From Psilocybe cubensis (Eukaryota), in NCBI GenBank assembly GCA_017499595.2, contig CM039009.1:2356001-2420000 (forward strand): a stretch of 64,000 nt of DNA. The letters are read 5' to 3'. A program made the position numbers and the translations under genes. Shown piece by piece: positions 27,916-40,980 of the stretch. A model generated the notes under the pieces. That model was not told where the DNA came from. It saw only the letters and a list, made by a program, of their open reading frames with translations, and ran no database searches. The stretch's first letter is position 1, and each line of letters begins with the position of its first letter.

Positions 27916-28099
27916 CACGACGGGCCAGTAGATGAATACTGCAAGTAGACATATGAGTCCACAACGGCAAGTAAAATCCATTTGGCGGCGCTTATTTTTG
28001 AGTTGCGCGACTACAAGGGTCAGGTATGCCCGTTATTTCGCACGACGGGCAGGTAGATCAATGCTGCAAGTAAACATACGAGGCCACAACGGCAAGTAA
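27916..28099 (+). repeat. Imperfect direct repeat, two ~59-bp copies spaced 125 bp apart
   Basis: cacgacgggccagtagatgaatactgcaagtagacatatgagtccacaacggcaagtaa versus cacgacgggcaggtagatcaatgctgcaagtaaacatacgaggccacaacggcaagtaa. Confidence 0.8.
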
Positions 28100-29772
28100 G
28101 TCCTTCTTTGGTGACATATTAGAAGAAAGTCTCTTCAAACTTGGATAGTGGCCACTCTCAATAGAATCAAATCGCTGTCGGCGTCCGACCAAGGCCTGCC
28201 GCACCAATCATGGTCAGCATTGGCTTAACCGACAAGAGCATGCTTACGACGCTCTAGTCAGACGTACGTAAAACAACGAGCAGAATTTGAATAAACCTGT
28301 TCACATGGCATACTATCGCATCTGTCCTTCTCACGCACGGCTGCATTGCACCGGCCACCTGCGCATGCCGTAGCCAGGTGGTGGTAACGACGGTGTCGTC
28401 TTGGAGCCCTGAGCCTTTGAAAATATGCACATAGGCATCTAGTGGCGGCGGGATACCAAAATTGAGCTAATACGCAGCGCTCTCCGGAGTTGATTCCCCT
28501 TCTTATGGTTATTTTAGTGTCCACACCCTACTCCGGATGTAGGATTTTAGACTGGCGGCCATGCTGAAGTTTGATCTGTGATGAAAATAGACATTCTTCT
28601 GGCACTGAACTTGCTCCATGACATTACCTCAAATGCGACGATTCATCCATCTCACAACGACTGTCGTATGTCGTATGTCACGACGGTCCAATAATATCAC
28701 TTGTAAGTCATAGATACACTTGAAGGACTGAATAGAATCGAGGTATGTTGGAGACAGATATGCGAATGAGAGTGTCGACATGGCGAACTTCCTACCATCC
28801 AATCCCAGAACATACCAATACACGCCTTTTGTACGCATTCATCTCTTCCCTTCATCCCATCACGCGACTTGGACATGGATGAAGGTAAACGTGAGCTAGA
28901 CCCATTGACAAGGACAATAGTGCGATGCTTGTGACAGGAGATACGCCGCCGGATCCAATCCCAACCATGTTCCCACGAAGCATGATGATTTCCCAGAGCG
29001 AATGAATCGATGTAAGATCAGACTTGAAGCACTCTGAAAACGTTGCACAGGGCTCGTTCACTGATCCCTCGAGGACAGCCTTATGATTTGAGTAGCGGTC
29101 GTGAACTGACCGCAACTTTATTGGCATCTCGCATTTAAAGCATCGTTGCGCAAATTATACCTCGGGTGGATTGACATGACAGGCCCGCAGTCGCTCATGA
29201 AATCACCATCAAACGTTGACCAACTACGAAGGGATCGAAGTAAGCGTGCGTTCAACGGCAACCTTTGCCACACGCCTTGTTACTCACTCAACTGGATAAT
29301 AATATCAGACAACTTTTCATATTCTTACACAGAACCGTGGGACCGTTCTCATAGCCTGGATATTCATATCTCCAAATCGATCATCCACGTTATCAGTGAT
29401 TAGGCGAGGAGGAGTGCAGTGGGTACAGAAGACCCGGTTATGGTCTGTCGCGAGGATAATTTTACATTGATGGATAAGTTTGGATACGTCTTCCCTTCTT
29501 TGTCAAGACTCTCTAATGAAAAGCGCCATCAAAATGTTGCTTTTTGCTTACCAGCGGGGTTTTTGTGGACGGGAATGAATGGATGTCAACTGGATCTCGA
29601 TTCTCACATCGCACCTTGACGACACCAACAAAATTTGGGTCAAATAGCGCGTGTGGTTCGATCGTCGTTCACCCACCTCCTTGGAATTTCTCTCCAGTCA
29701 CCCCAGCGACCTTGGCAGACTTGTCTTGTCCACAAAAACAAAGATACTAACGAAACCTAGCTTACAATAATC

Positions 29773-30681
29773 ATGTTATTCACGGCCAGCTTCTTGTCTC
29801 TCGCTGCTGCCGCTGTCGCACAGACGGTGGTGAACGTAACTGTTGGCTTCACTGCGTCGGACCCTGGAGGGATTTTCCAGTTCAAGCCCAACAACTTCAA
29901 CGCCACCAACGGCACCGTCATCAACTTCCAGTTTACTGGCGCGTGAGTGGTTGTGCTGTCTTCAATATTCATTCCTCATCGTGGATATAGTCCTGGAAAC
30001 CACTCTGTGACCCAGGCGGCCTTTAATGATCCATGCAACCCTCTCAAGGGCGGCTTTGACTCTGGTTGGGTTTTCGTCCCCAGCGCACCCTCCCCCGTGC
30101 CCCAGTGGAACCTGACTATCACCGATGCCTCGAAGCGTGAGTATATCTCTGGCACATTGCGTGCGTGTGTTGATTGTCCGACCCGATAGCCATCTGGTTC
30201 TTCTGCAAGCAGCTGCTTCCTAGCCCCCACTGTGGTGCCGGTGAGTTGTCCACTCGTTTAAACTTGTCAAATTACTTATGTGTACAGGTATGGTTGGAGC
30301 GATTAACGCACCAACTACTGGGAACACCTTTGCTGCGTTCCAGAAAGCTGCACAGAGTGCTGGCCAAAATGCTGCTTCTGTTGGTGTACGTATATTTTAA
30401 TTGCCTATCCATTATATGTAGCTCATTGTGTATTGTGTATACAGCAAGGCATAAATGGCCTCGTTGGAGTCGGTGCATCTGCCTCTGCCGATGTTGGCCC
30501 CGTGGCGAGTGGTGTGACCGTCATCGCTCTCTCGACCACAATTGCCGGATCTGCCCCCGCCGGCACTCAGACTGCGCCTGCCCCATCTGGGAGTGCCGGT
30601 GGAAAGAGTGGAGCAACTAACGTTGCAGCAAACTCGCTCCTTGCTCTCGGTGCTGCTGCTCTCGGCTTTGTCCTCGTTTAG
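29773..30681 (+). CDS. Secreted cupredoxin-like (extracellular serine-rich) protein, probably GPI-anchored, spliced
   Basis: Signal peptide MLFTASFLSLAAAAVA. Motifs PGNHSVTQAAFNDPC, GGFDSGW and PIWFFCKQLLPSPHCGAGMVGAIN (His/Cys/His/Met type-1 copper pattern). Ser/Ala/Gly-rich tail with a hydrophobic C-terminus. Confidence 0.88.
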
Positions 30682-31779
30682 ATTGTAGGAGTGGATTAAA
30701 TTGGACTTGGACTTTTTCATTCGAATGCAGTCGTTACCCAGTCGTTACTACTAGGGCCTAATACCTTGCGCACTTCTTCTACAAAAGTCTATAGCCATTA
30801 ATTCATTTATATTTTTGGGTGATCGTTACTACTAACGTGATTTGCCAAACAATTTTATCAAACTGTTAGATGCCTGTATACAAAGTCTCATCCCGTAAAA
30901 TTAGTTTTCTGGGCTTCCAGATGCCAAACAATGAAGATAATGATTCCTAATGAGTTTAAACACCGTCTCAAACGCGAAGCGTCCCTCTAGCGTTTACTGG
31001 CGTTGAACGTTGAACACTTATAAGTAATCATTGCCCGACATTAAATTATAAGTCATTGGTATTAAGCCTTTGCATTGGAATGCGAAGCTCTCACGAATGC
31101 CTCTTCCTATGGACTCAGGAGTCCTTATTATTATCTGTGTTGCGAAGTGACTCGGAGATCGGGAGCGTCTGTGTACCTGACATTCTTTCCAAAGGTGCGG
31201 TATCAAAAAATTGATGCTCAGAATGGGTTGATTCTTGTTTTTTGTACCAACACTATATAAAATATATTCCCTAATATTCCGTAAAATTATCTGCGATTGA
31301 CATGGCTTATAATTTGTTAAATTATGGGAATAAAGTAGATTCCAAATGTTAAAAAGTGTCAAGAAGAGTCCAGTGGGCCTATATTATCGTGACACGTTTC
31401 AAAGTCCGCATGTTATATAATCATTTTCTTCGGTTTGGGGGCTACAAGAACAGGACCATTATGAACAGTATCACTATGCGTAAAAATCTTGGAACCTTTA
31501 GATACTTTACTTTTACCCATTATTTCTAGTATTCAATACTAGAAAGTAGATAAGCGCTGCATTCGGGAAAATATGACGATACAAAACCGACCGGGGGCTT
31601 CGTTCGGCCTCGTTGCCTCGAGTCGGATCATTCTGGGTACGCGCCGTCAAAATTGAATTTTAAGATTTAAAACGCGGAGATGAATCGGAGTTTAATCTCA
31701 TCATTCACGTGAGCGGAATGTTTCGCGTCTTGCTCGTCGTTGGCATCGTTCTCCTCGCTTTTGCACGCTGTTCTGCAAC

Positions 31780-32900
31780 ATGGTTGCACGTTCTATTCTC
31801 CTTCGGCACCTTAGAACCAATAATTTACCCACTACTGCAACCTTAAGGTACCTAAGCACCTCCAAACCCAGTCTAAAAGCGCTTCCGACAACTCCGATAC
31901 CTGAAAATGAAGTCGCCAACAAGAGCTGGTTGACACGAAAAGTTGAAACGTCGCCAGCGGCGAGGAACATGTTCATGACAATATCAAAGATATTGGGTTA
32001 TGGAAGTCCGACACAGGTAGCTGGGAGGCGGGCAATGTTCATGTATAGGGATGTATGCGCGGTCAGACCGGACGAGGATAGGGAATTCTGGCAAAACGGC
32101 GAGTATTGCGGTTTTGGTCTCTTTTCTACCGCTGAAACGCGTGGTATATAGAGTGCTACCTGCCCCCGACGTTCCAGTCATGGTTCACCATCACAAACCT
32201 TCACATTTGGATGCTTACCGTTCGCTTCCGTGCACTACCACCCGAGTTTGGAAAAGCCTACCAGCAAGCGCTCGTAGATCACTTCTTCCTCGATACTGAA
32301 GATCGCATCCGAACCGTGCTTCAGCCACCACCCGAGCCAACCAAGCCATACACATTCGCCACATCATTCTACACCAACCCAAATGCGCCCGATCCGAACG
32401 CCGTAGGCAAAGATGGCAAGAAAAAGCCGCGAACTCGCGCCCCAGATCGCATATTGAAAACTCAGATGAAGATTTTCAAGGAACAGTGGACGGGAATGGG
32501 TCTGTCGCTTGATCTTGGGCTTGTGCGGTCTGACATGGAGCTCGCGGGGGCGGTGTGGCGGAATATCCTTGGTGGGCGCGGTGCCCAGGGGATCGCTTAC
32601 GAGCAACCTTCCACTTCCAAGCCCACGTTTAGGCGTGCGGTGAACCTTGTAGGTGGGGAGGTCGTGAACGTTGCGAAAATTGACTTGGAGAAAGAGGAGA
32701 CAAAAGACGATGGATCGGGCGTACATGATTTCACACCGGCCGAGATGGATAAGTACCTTACCTACCCGCAGGTCATGCTCGATGTTGTGGGCTATATCCG
32801 GCGGGAACTTTCCAGGCTTGACGCAGTAACCGATGAAGATATTATCAAGGGAGACTGGACAAAGCTGACATTTGGAAGGGTGAAAGAGGTGAAGGAGTGA
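31780..32900 (+). CDS. CBP3: Ubiquinol-cytochrome c reductase chaperone Cbp3, one intron
   Basis: Mitochondrial-type leader. Motifs EFWQN|ECYLPPTFQSWFTITNLHIWMLTVRFRAL and DLGLVRSDMELAGAVWRN. Confidence 0.9.
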
Positions 32901-33851
32901 TTCGGATTTTGAAAAGTATTCGCCTGTTTTACTGTATGTTTTTTTTATCAACCGTGCATTCCCTAATACTGTTTTTCTGTCGTTATGGTTATTGCAACTC
33001 TTCCAGCTCTACGCACGCTGCATACACCCTCATGCTCATAAATTACTGTGCTGCTAACTCTGATTAGACATTCATCTGCATGCATGACAATGCTGTTGGT
33101 TTGTTTCACCCTCTTTCAATGCTCCTTCGGATTTGCTGATTGCCATAGTTCACACACAATTTGGACTCCCTGGTGCGTACCCTCAGCTCTTCATTTTGTT
33201 CGACACTGGATAACCACTTTTACCGCGGACGAAAACATTTTGATCACAGTCGCTCTAAATTCCCGGTTTACCTGTCACGATCGTCTTGAAGGGACTTACA
33301 GTGCCCTTTCGATAGGCGCCTGTCCTTTCGCCCATGTGCCTAGCAAATTTGCTCTCAGCTATGTGTTTATGGCTGTGATCCATCGGGATGTGTGCATAAC
33401 GCATATGAGGCGGGGTTTCATACTATGACTCGCTCCCGGTTCCAGCCGGCCCCTTAGCTGGTGTGGTGCTGGGTGACTTTCTCCTTCCCTGCGCCATGAT
33501 CTAGTCCTGCCTTTGCATCAACATTCTAGTGTAATAGAATATTACGGCGAGTATCACCTTACCTTGGAACAAAGAAGGGTTAAAGATATCTTCGACTGCA
33601 AATCACGAATGATCGACGGATGGCCATTCTTAGGCCGGCCATTTAGACGTGATTAGGACTTTGACTTCTGTGACCCCAAGGCTACTTGTGTTTTCTCTGG
33701 GTCTGTACTGCACTAAACTATCGAGCTGAACAACATATTTTTGTGAGGGAGAACTGCGTTGGAATCCACGCTCCCTCGCATCACTGAGTAACCTGACTGT
33801 TTACATTACTTGCTGGGCAAAATTCTCATCATAGTATAAATTATACCCTCT

Positions 33852-35156
33852 CTACACATCAACATCTTGGATCTGACTTCCAATACGCTCAACATCGTCT
33901 TTCAGATGATGATCAATGTCTGCCGCCATGGAGCTGTTCAACTGGTTCAAGTTTGTGGCGACTAAACCTGCAATATCCATATCGTGGGTTTTCCGACTAG
34001 AATTGAAATGCAAGTTGGAGATGCCCATCATTTGGCCCTCGGATAGCATGGGTTTTTCAGTGTTTGTCCACGCTAGTCGCGCAACAAGTACAGTAGGTGC
34101 CAACCCCTGCTAAATATGTTCTGTCAATTAGGTGTCAACTTTTCCTCTTGAGATTACCGCAGTGACGTTCAATACTTGCTCCAGGTAAAAACCAGCCTCG
34201 ATAAGGGGAGATGCCAATATGGTTTGTGATGGTAGAATGTCGAGAATAGCATAAAAAAGCAGGACAATTGAATATGGTGCAGCAGACTCGATTATCATTA
34301 TAGAAACACGGTTGAATAACCTTTTACGAGGCGATTGGCTTAGTTGAAACGAAATGTGGATTTTGTAGGCAATAAGTGATGTCGAGATGAGTGTAGACCC
34401 CAGAGAAAGAAAAATCACAGTACTTGTAATGTTATTTGCTAATGCAGCCTGAGAAGCGGATGCTATTGGGCCAAATAGACCGTTGATTGTCACCGATGCT
34501 ATTCCAAACCCTATAATGCATGTCAATTAATGCTGACGAATAAGTATCTGAATAGGTGGCATTCACCAAATTCCCCGGCCCAAAGAATAAATGGAATTAT
34601 GATCATCCTCCGCGACCTCCCCCAAACGTGATAGCACCTCCAGATCTGAAGTGGGGTTAGCACGAAGTTTCACCTTTAGAAAAAAAGATATTTACCAGTA
34701 ATCCGTCAGATATAACCAGCAAAGAGTTGGTGAACAAATCTTCCACCACGACAATCCATGTCGGAACGTTTTCCAAGGTGTTCACGAAAATGGATTCCCT
34801 TGTCTGTCCGTGTAGAACAAATGCCCAGTCCGTGAAGTACCAAGTCACCATAAAATTGGAAAGCGAGAGAAGATATAGCGCTGAAACAGCTAAAAGAACA
34901 ACACAATTGGTCTCCTACGCACTGTGAACAGAGTAAATATTATACAGCATCACCAATGACAAAGTGCGGACAATAAAGATGCAAAGTGACTCCATAAGTC
35001 AATGAATAAACCCCTGGAACAATATGTTAGATATTTCCAGCAATTTAACAGTATTTATTTACCCATTAGGAAGTTGAGAAGTAATGAACTGTTGAGGTTT
35101 CCGCGGATGACATGCTCTTCGATGCTTGTTGGAAATGCGGCGCTAGAATCTGACAT
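33852..35156 (-). CDS. Multi-pass membrane protein of unknown function, paralog of 359-1644, spliced
   Basis: Starts MSDSSAAFPTSIEEHVIRGNLNSSLLLNFLMG. Motifs ISDGLL|IWRCYHVW, STSLIAYKI, IIESAAPYS and GLAPTVLVARLA. Confidence 0.8.
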
Positions 35157-35959
35157 TCTTAGACGCTATGGTGAGTCACAATTAGTGGTCCCTTATATAC
35201 ACCAGAGAATAGGCGAGGATAATACACTGTACATACAGAGATGAAAATATACATCATTTAACGTTTTGATGAACTCTCATAGCAGAAGCTTTCGACCCTT
35301 GTCAAACTATCATACTCAACACGACAGGTGATTGAGCAATATTAGAGAGCCTGATCGTAGAAAATCACACGAGTTTGCACGGTGGGATTCCGATATGTGG
35401 CTCATATACAGCACAAACTCCAGTCAAACATCATAATCGGGAGAATTGTGTCAGTGACCTGTCATTGAAGCACCTTAGTTCTCCTTAGTTTCTGGCATCT
35501 ATCAAATCGAAACACGTTTTTCGGGTACCTTTCTTTAAGATACCGTTGGAGTTGAAACCTTATGAGGCGTTCAACTTATATGAAAAGTTGTAATCTATAG
35601 CCAGTCACAGAGTCGTACGAAGAAATGATACGAATGTCTACTATTCTATGCTAATTTACTCATGTATTTCAGGAGATAAGTTGAGTCATGATGCTTGTAC
35701 CTAGCTTGCATTTATTTATTATGAAATGAGAGTTCCCTTCCACCACAATTTCTGTCGTTAGGGTTGGCAAAGTTCTGCCAGGGTTTGGCCAAGATAGTGT
35801 TCATTGCCCGTTACCAATGCAAAACTAGTCATCATGATTACTAATATGAATTTATAGGTACCGTGTGCCGATATTGACTCCGATCATCCCCGCCAATTTT
35901 GCATCCAAGGGATAGTACTTATAAGATTCAACAGCCTTATACATACGGATAGGATACCA

Positions 35960-37327
35960 ATGGCCGACGATAGCATCAAATCCTTTCCACCCCTGGTTCT
36001 TGATGTCTTTGGACAGGTACCTGGCTTGAGCAATCTGTACACACAGCTCGCTTTTATATTCTCATTAGACACCCAAATCCAACATGATCAGATCATAGGC
36101 AACCTGAGCAGAGGCCTCCAGTATCTGTCAATCGCTTTCCCATGGCTCGCAGGAGAGGTTGTGAAGGACTCCAGTACAGGTGTTTATTCCATTGTTCCAC
36201 GATATCCAAATCCAGAACTTGTAGTTGCTGACCTACAAGGAAACCCCAATATGGATATTGATGCCCTTCGAACAGCCAGATTCCCATTTTCTCTCCTTCA
36301 CGAATCCGCCATATGCCCTCGAACGACGCTCCATTTATCGACATCCTCCCCTGAGTCTTCCCCAGTGCTAGTACTACAGGCCACTTTTGTCAAGGGTGGG
36401 ATGCTGTTGACCTTTGTGGCGCAACATAATGTCATGGATATGACTTCCCAGGCTCATTTCATCAGGATATTTGACAAAGTATGCAGAGGCAAAGACATCG
36501 ACGATGGAGATATCAAAGGTGGAAGCGTAGACCGAACATGTGCAATTCCTCTATTGGATGAACAGGTACCAGGGCCTATTCCATTCAACCCCTCTCCCGA
36601 GGCGTTTACGCCAACGTGTACTTGGGAATACTTTTCTTTCTCTGGTGAATCACTTTCCTCCCTGAAAAAGCTTGCACAATCAACTTTACCTGCGACTCGC
36701 GGATTTGTGTCGACAGACGATGTGCTTACTGCTTTCGTCTGGCAGCGCATTACTCATGCTCGACTTTCTCGCCTCTCCCGCACCACATCCGTCAGTACTA
36801 TCGGCAGGGCAATAGATCCCCGTCGCTTCATTGGCTTATCCGAGACTTACCCAGGCGTTGTCCAGAATATGTCCTACCATTCATTTTCCGCAAGCGAGCT
36901 TGTGGATTTACCATTAGGAGTCGTGGCCTCAGACCTCCGCGGAGGGCTAACGAAGACTGTCAGCCCATTTTCTTCCGAACTCGACATATCACACTCGACG
37001 AAAGCATTTGCGACTCGGATAGCATTTGCGCAAGACAAGAGCACAGTTCCGTCCGTGACGTCTTCCCTCGACCTGGCCGGATACGATCTAATGCTAAGTT
37101 CATGGGCTAATCAGGGATCATTACATGATCTCACCTTTGGACTCCCGCAGGGCACTCGGTTGGAGGCTATTCGAAGACCCTCGTTTACGCCTGTCGAGTC
37201 TCTTCTATATTTTATGCCACGTGAGACAGATGGAGAAGTGCTTGTTGGTGCATGTCTGCGTGTGGAGGATATGGAAAGACTGAGGGGCGATTCTGTGTTT
37301 ACTAAATTCGGTGAATGGATCGGGTAG
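35960..37327 (+). CDS. Trichothecene 3-O-acetyltransferase-like (Tri101/Ayt1, BAHD/transferase family), intronless
   Basis: LDVFGQVPGLSNLYTQ, HxxxD motif QHNVMDM, FVSTDDVLTAFVW, LSSWA and AIRRPSFTPVESLLYFMPR...LRVEDMERL...FGEWIG follow the Tri101 motif order as I recall it. Confidence 0.9.
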   Translation: MADDSIKSFPPLVLDVFGQVPGLSNLYTQLAFIFSLDTQIQHDQIIGNLSRGLQYLSIAFPWLAGEVVKDSSTGVYSIVPRYPNPELVVADLQGNPNMDIDALRTARFPFSLLHESAICPRTTLHLSTSSPESSPVLVLQATFVKGGMLLTFVAQHNVMDMTSQAHFIRIFDKVCRGKDIDDGDIKGGSVDRTCAIPLLDEQVPGPIPFNPSPEAFTPTCTWEYFSFSGESLSSLKKLAQSTLPATRGFVSTDDVLTAFVWQRITHARLSRLSRTTSVSTIGRAIDPRRFIGLSETYPGVVQNMSYHSFSASELVDLPLGVVASDLRGGLTKTVSPFSSELDISHSTKAFATRIAFAQDKSTVPSVTSSLDLAGYDLMLSSWANQGSLHDLTFGLPQGTRLEAIRRPSFTPVESLLYFMPRETDGEVLVGACLRVEDMERLRGDSVFTKFGEWIG

Positions 37328-37367
37328 TTAAAGTATTCTACAGCGTAGGGATACGATTGCACCTTCA

Positions 37368-38370
37368 CTACCACTTGTTCACCTTTTCGACCTTTATGGC
37401 ATGGCTGTTATGGTCCACAGAGACCTTAAACTCTGATTGCGGAGGAAGATGGAAAATATTTTGCTCGATCAATGCGTCATTTTGGAGGTCAGACGTTACC
37501 ACCCGCGTACCTGTGAATTCAATTCAGAAGCTGCCCTATCTAATGTTGCATCTGCACATACTTTTGTAGTCACTCAATGCATATATCTTGAGAGTTGGAT
37601 CGACCTTAATGGATAGATTATTCCCTTTACTGACACCATGATATTAGCAATATTAATGTCGAGAGTTCTACTCAATTCGACATACGCGACATCTTTCCAT
37701 GTGCAGAATGGGTCGAGCTTCGTTCCCTCCGTGTTAAAGATACCCTGTGCACATGAATCAGCGATGATTAGATTGGTAATGAGTGTACATACAAATGCAA
37801 CCGATGCAGGGTATTCAGTGTCCACTTTACACTGTATCACATCCTTCGTTCCTTTTCCAGCAGCTTCAAGGTAGTTATCGCCGTGTTCGTCAGTCTTTAG
37901 CTCGCAGCGCTCTCCTGTCTATTCACCAATTTGTTACATTATGACACTAATGTAAGTTTTCTCATACCTGACACCGACGGGCGATTCCAGAAGATATCAC
38001 GCTCCCACTATCGACCTACCCAGGTTGAGATTGTAATATTTACAAGGCTGATTTCGCTAAGCATTCTCATACTACTCACCTGTGGTACCAATAGTCCAGT
38101 ATCTGCAGTGTACACAACTTTTGCGTTCTGGTTTTCCCCGGCTGTTATCCCAGCTTTTAATTTCAACACTTCTATGACGGATAGTGAGCAAAAAAAAAAA
38201 GCTGAGGGTGGATTACGGGCCTTACTCCAACAGTTAGGTAACATATCTTTTGACAACTCTCCTTCTGCTATTGGAGTGAACATCAAACACAAGGAAACAT
38301 CTTTCGGCAAGTCCTTTGCAGCAAAGTTCATTGTCCTGGAATCTCCATGTTTGACACGATTTTCAGACAT
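37368..38370 (-). CDS. Uncharacterised family X, paralog 2 (spliced)
   Basis: RTMNFAAKDLPKDVSLCLMFTP...MLPNCW, YTADTGLLVPQ, GERCELKTD, IKVDPTLKIYALSDYK, then ...IKVEKVNKW*. Confidence 0.82.
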
Positions 38371-39233
38371 GACAATAAAAGTGACTTCCGCTAAGCTCGC
38401 TCTGAATCAATGGGGGAGGTTTCAACGAAACGAACACATTTGGTTCTTGTGCTTTAACATTATATAAGCGATTCCGTTATTGTGTGGCGGTGACACGGAG
38501 ATTTTTTAACGCCTGCATTGAGACGTTTGACGTATGTCGTTGTACCACCGCATCAATTCTCACGCCGTGGCTACTATGCAAAGGTCCCCTAAAATTTCCT
38601 ATTTGTACACAGTATGTGCACACAGTGGCATGATACCCAAGCATATTAGAAATGGAACTTGTCCAACATCATCAACTTTGACAGCCACTAGCTAGCATGT
38701 ACCTAGCCGTCTGAGCCTATATAAACTTGAATGTCAGGAGGAAATCAGCTGGGTTCAAATAAAGATGTTGCGAACAAATTCAGGTACCGAAACCCGAAGG
38801 ACTGGCATCGGGATATAGGAGTGCCGGTGCGGAAATCTAAGTACGTTAGACGCTCAAATCACATTGCTTGTACACAATACATCAACATGTTTCAGGGGAA
38901 ACGAGATGGAAGGAACATCACGGATTTGGAAGGTTTGGATGTAACCAAAGTTTAACATAGAGTGACTATTCGATGATGCGAAGAAGCCGCTGATTAGTCT
39001 TAGAGACAAAGTCAAAATATATAACCAGTGTCCAATTATCCACCGACCTATTAGCTTGCTCAAGCCTCAAGGCAAATTCAAAAATTACACACCAGAGAGT
39101 AGCGTAAAGTAAACAGATGGAATTGGCAACCAACTATGCACACACTATTTAGATAGACAATCATATTTGCACAAGGTAATCTTTGGTTAAAGGTTTAACG
39201 ACGTTTATAACCCGCGTCGAAGAAGTTTGTGAA

Positions 39234-40365
39234 TTAGTTAGATGCCTCAATCTTGATTTCACCAGTTCCTTCATCAATGAATACTTTCCATGTGGTACTG
39301 GCAGGAAGAGCGATAAGGTTCCTCTCAAAGAGCAGAGGAGATTCGATGTCTCCCCTAATCAATTCGGTCGCTGAGTCATGCGTCGTCAGCTTAGTACATC
39401 TTGCTGAAGTTTTGAGTAAGACTGTCAGTACCTTTATAATCTCTGACAGCATATATTTTTAGCCTGGGGGTAAGCTGGATAGAAAGAATCGAATTGTTCC
39501 TAATCACGTAAAGCGTAAATGTGAATAAAATAGAGCGAAAATACGATATCCACAGACGCACGCAACGTTGTCCCACAAGAGTGCAGGTTCCATTTTCGTA
39601 CCTGTAGTGTTGAAAAATCCCTAATAAAGCGGATAAGACTGGGATCTCTGAATTGTACACCATAGTTGCTACACACCATCCCAATACTGGCCGGGCGACC
39701 AGTTGTGTTAAGACATTGCATGGATCCACCGACGCCTGGGACAGGGGCAGTAATAGAGTTTCCATTACCGTTATCATTGATTCTGAGAGTGCACCGCTGC
39801 CCAGTCTTGATTTTGATTGTGTGCTGAGAATTCATACAAGCCCAAAATATTAAGAGTATTAATTACCTCACAAGGTTGCGAGTTTGAAGCGAAAACACGA
39901 TTTCCTGATTCGACCTAAATTTTTCCGGTTCAATATATATACCGACATCGATTGTTAGAGACAACCTGCGGAACAAAGAATCCACTTGCAGCAGTGTACT
40001 CGACACTTGCTGTGCTTAAGCCACCAGCGCTCAAAGAGAGGACCTCTGGTAACCTGTTAGCATTCCATAAAATTGAATATTGATCCCAAAAGACTCACTC
40101 CAGCATACAGGGAAAAGGTCTACGTATAAACGTCCAGCAGCCGGAGGCTCAAACATAAGGAGAAGGTCAATATCTTGGCCAAGATCTCTGGAGAAGAAGG
40201 AGAGGGCTCTGTTATTCCCAGCCACAGCACCGTCAACGAATTTATTGACGGAAATGCTGGCCGTAACAAACAATGGTCAGTATCTTTGTACCACCAGCTA
40301 ATCGTGAAATTATGTGCTAACCTTGCAGCGTCAGAATGCTCATGGGGTGTAGCAGTAGCAGCCAT
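39234..40365 (-). CDS. Uncharacterised family X, paralog 3 (spliced)
   Basis: RALSFFSRDLGQDIDLLLMFEPPAAGRLYVDLFPVCW, YTAASGFFVPQ, GQRCTL, QLTPRLKIYAVRDYK and LIRGDIESPLLFERNLIALP. Confidence 0.88.
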
Positions 40366-40980
40366 GCTGAGGGCCTTGAATATCTTCCAATGAGGATAAA
40401 TAATCTACGCACAAAAGGCCTGCTTTTATAGTGTTCTACCCTAGTGTTGCTTTCAAGCAATCATATTTTTGAGATTTTATCTTGGGATTAATGTGTACTG
40501 TTTGTTACCCACTGAATGCTTTGCGGCTCTACAAATAGACTTCCATCATAAGAAAGACAAATGTAGATGTATGCGGGTCTTTATTTTACGCTTCCTCAAC
40601 ATACGAGAAGGTGCACTCCCCAGGTTGCGGATGTAAACCCGGGTTTTTCTATTGAAGTTATAAGTAGAATCGGCGTCAATTGCAGTTGTGTATTCCTGCC
40701 TTCCTAAAATGTATATTCATGGCTACTTAATATACAAATGTCTTCCAACCACTTTTTTACTTGTTCTTTTTTCGGTGCGTCAGCCATACCACATCACTAA
40801 AAACGTTCAATCACCACCGTGTATCACGGTCCTACCTCAGGACCTGCAGACGTCCAATTTTCCAACTGAGGGTCAGCTGATTAGATTGTGTTGAGAACAA
40901 ATAATATCCTTCAGGTCTGAATGTACGTTCGTTCCTTCAACAAATCACATTGATATATTGTTTATCTCTACACGTCCAAG

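Noticed and set aside
27916-28099. CRISPR-like reading of the spaced direct repeats
   Set aside because: Eukaryotic context, only two long imperfect copies, and no cas genes.
32364-32951. 195-aa minus-strand ORF
   Set aside because: Antisense to CBP3.
37931-38467. 178-aa plus-strand ORF
   Set aside because: Antisense to family X paralog 2.
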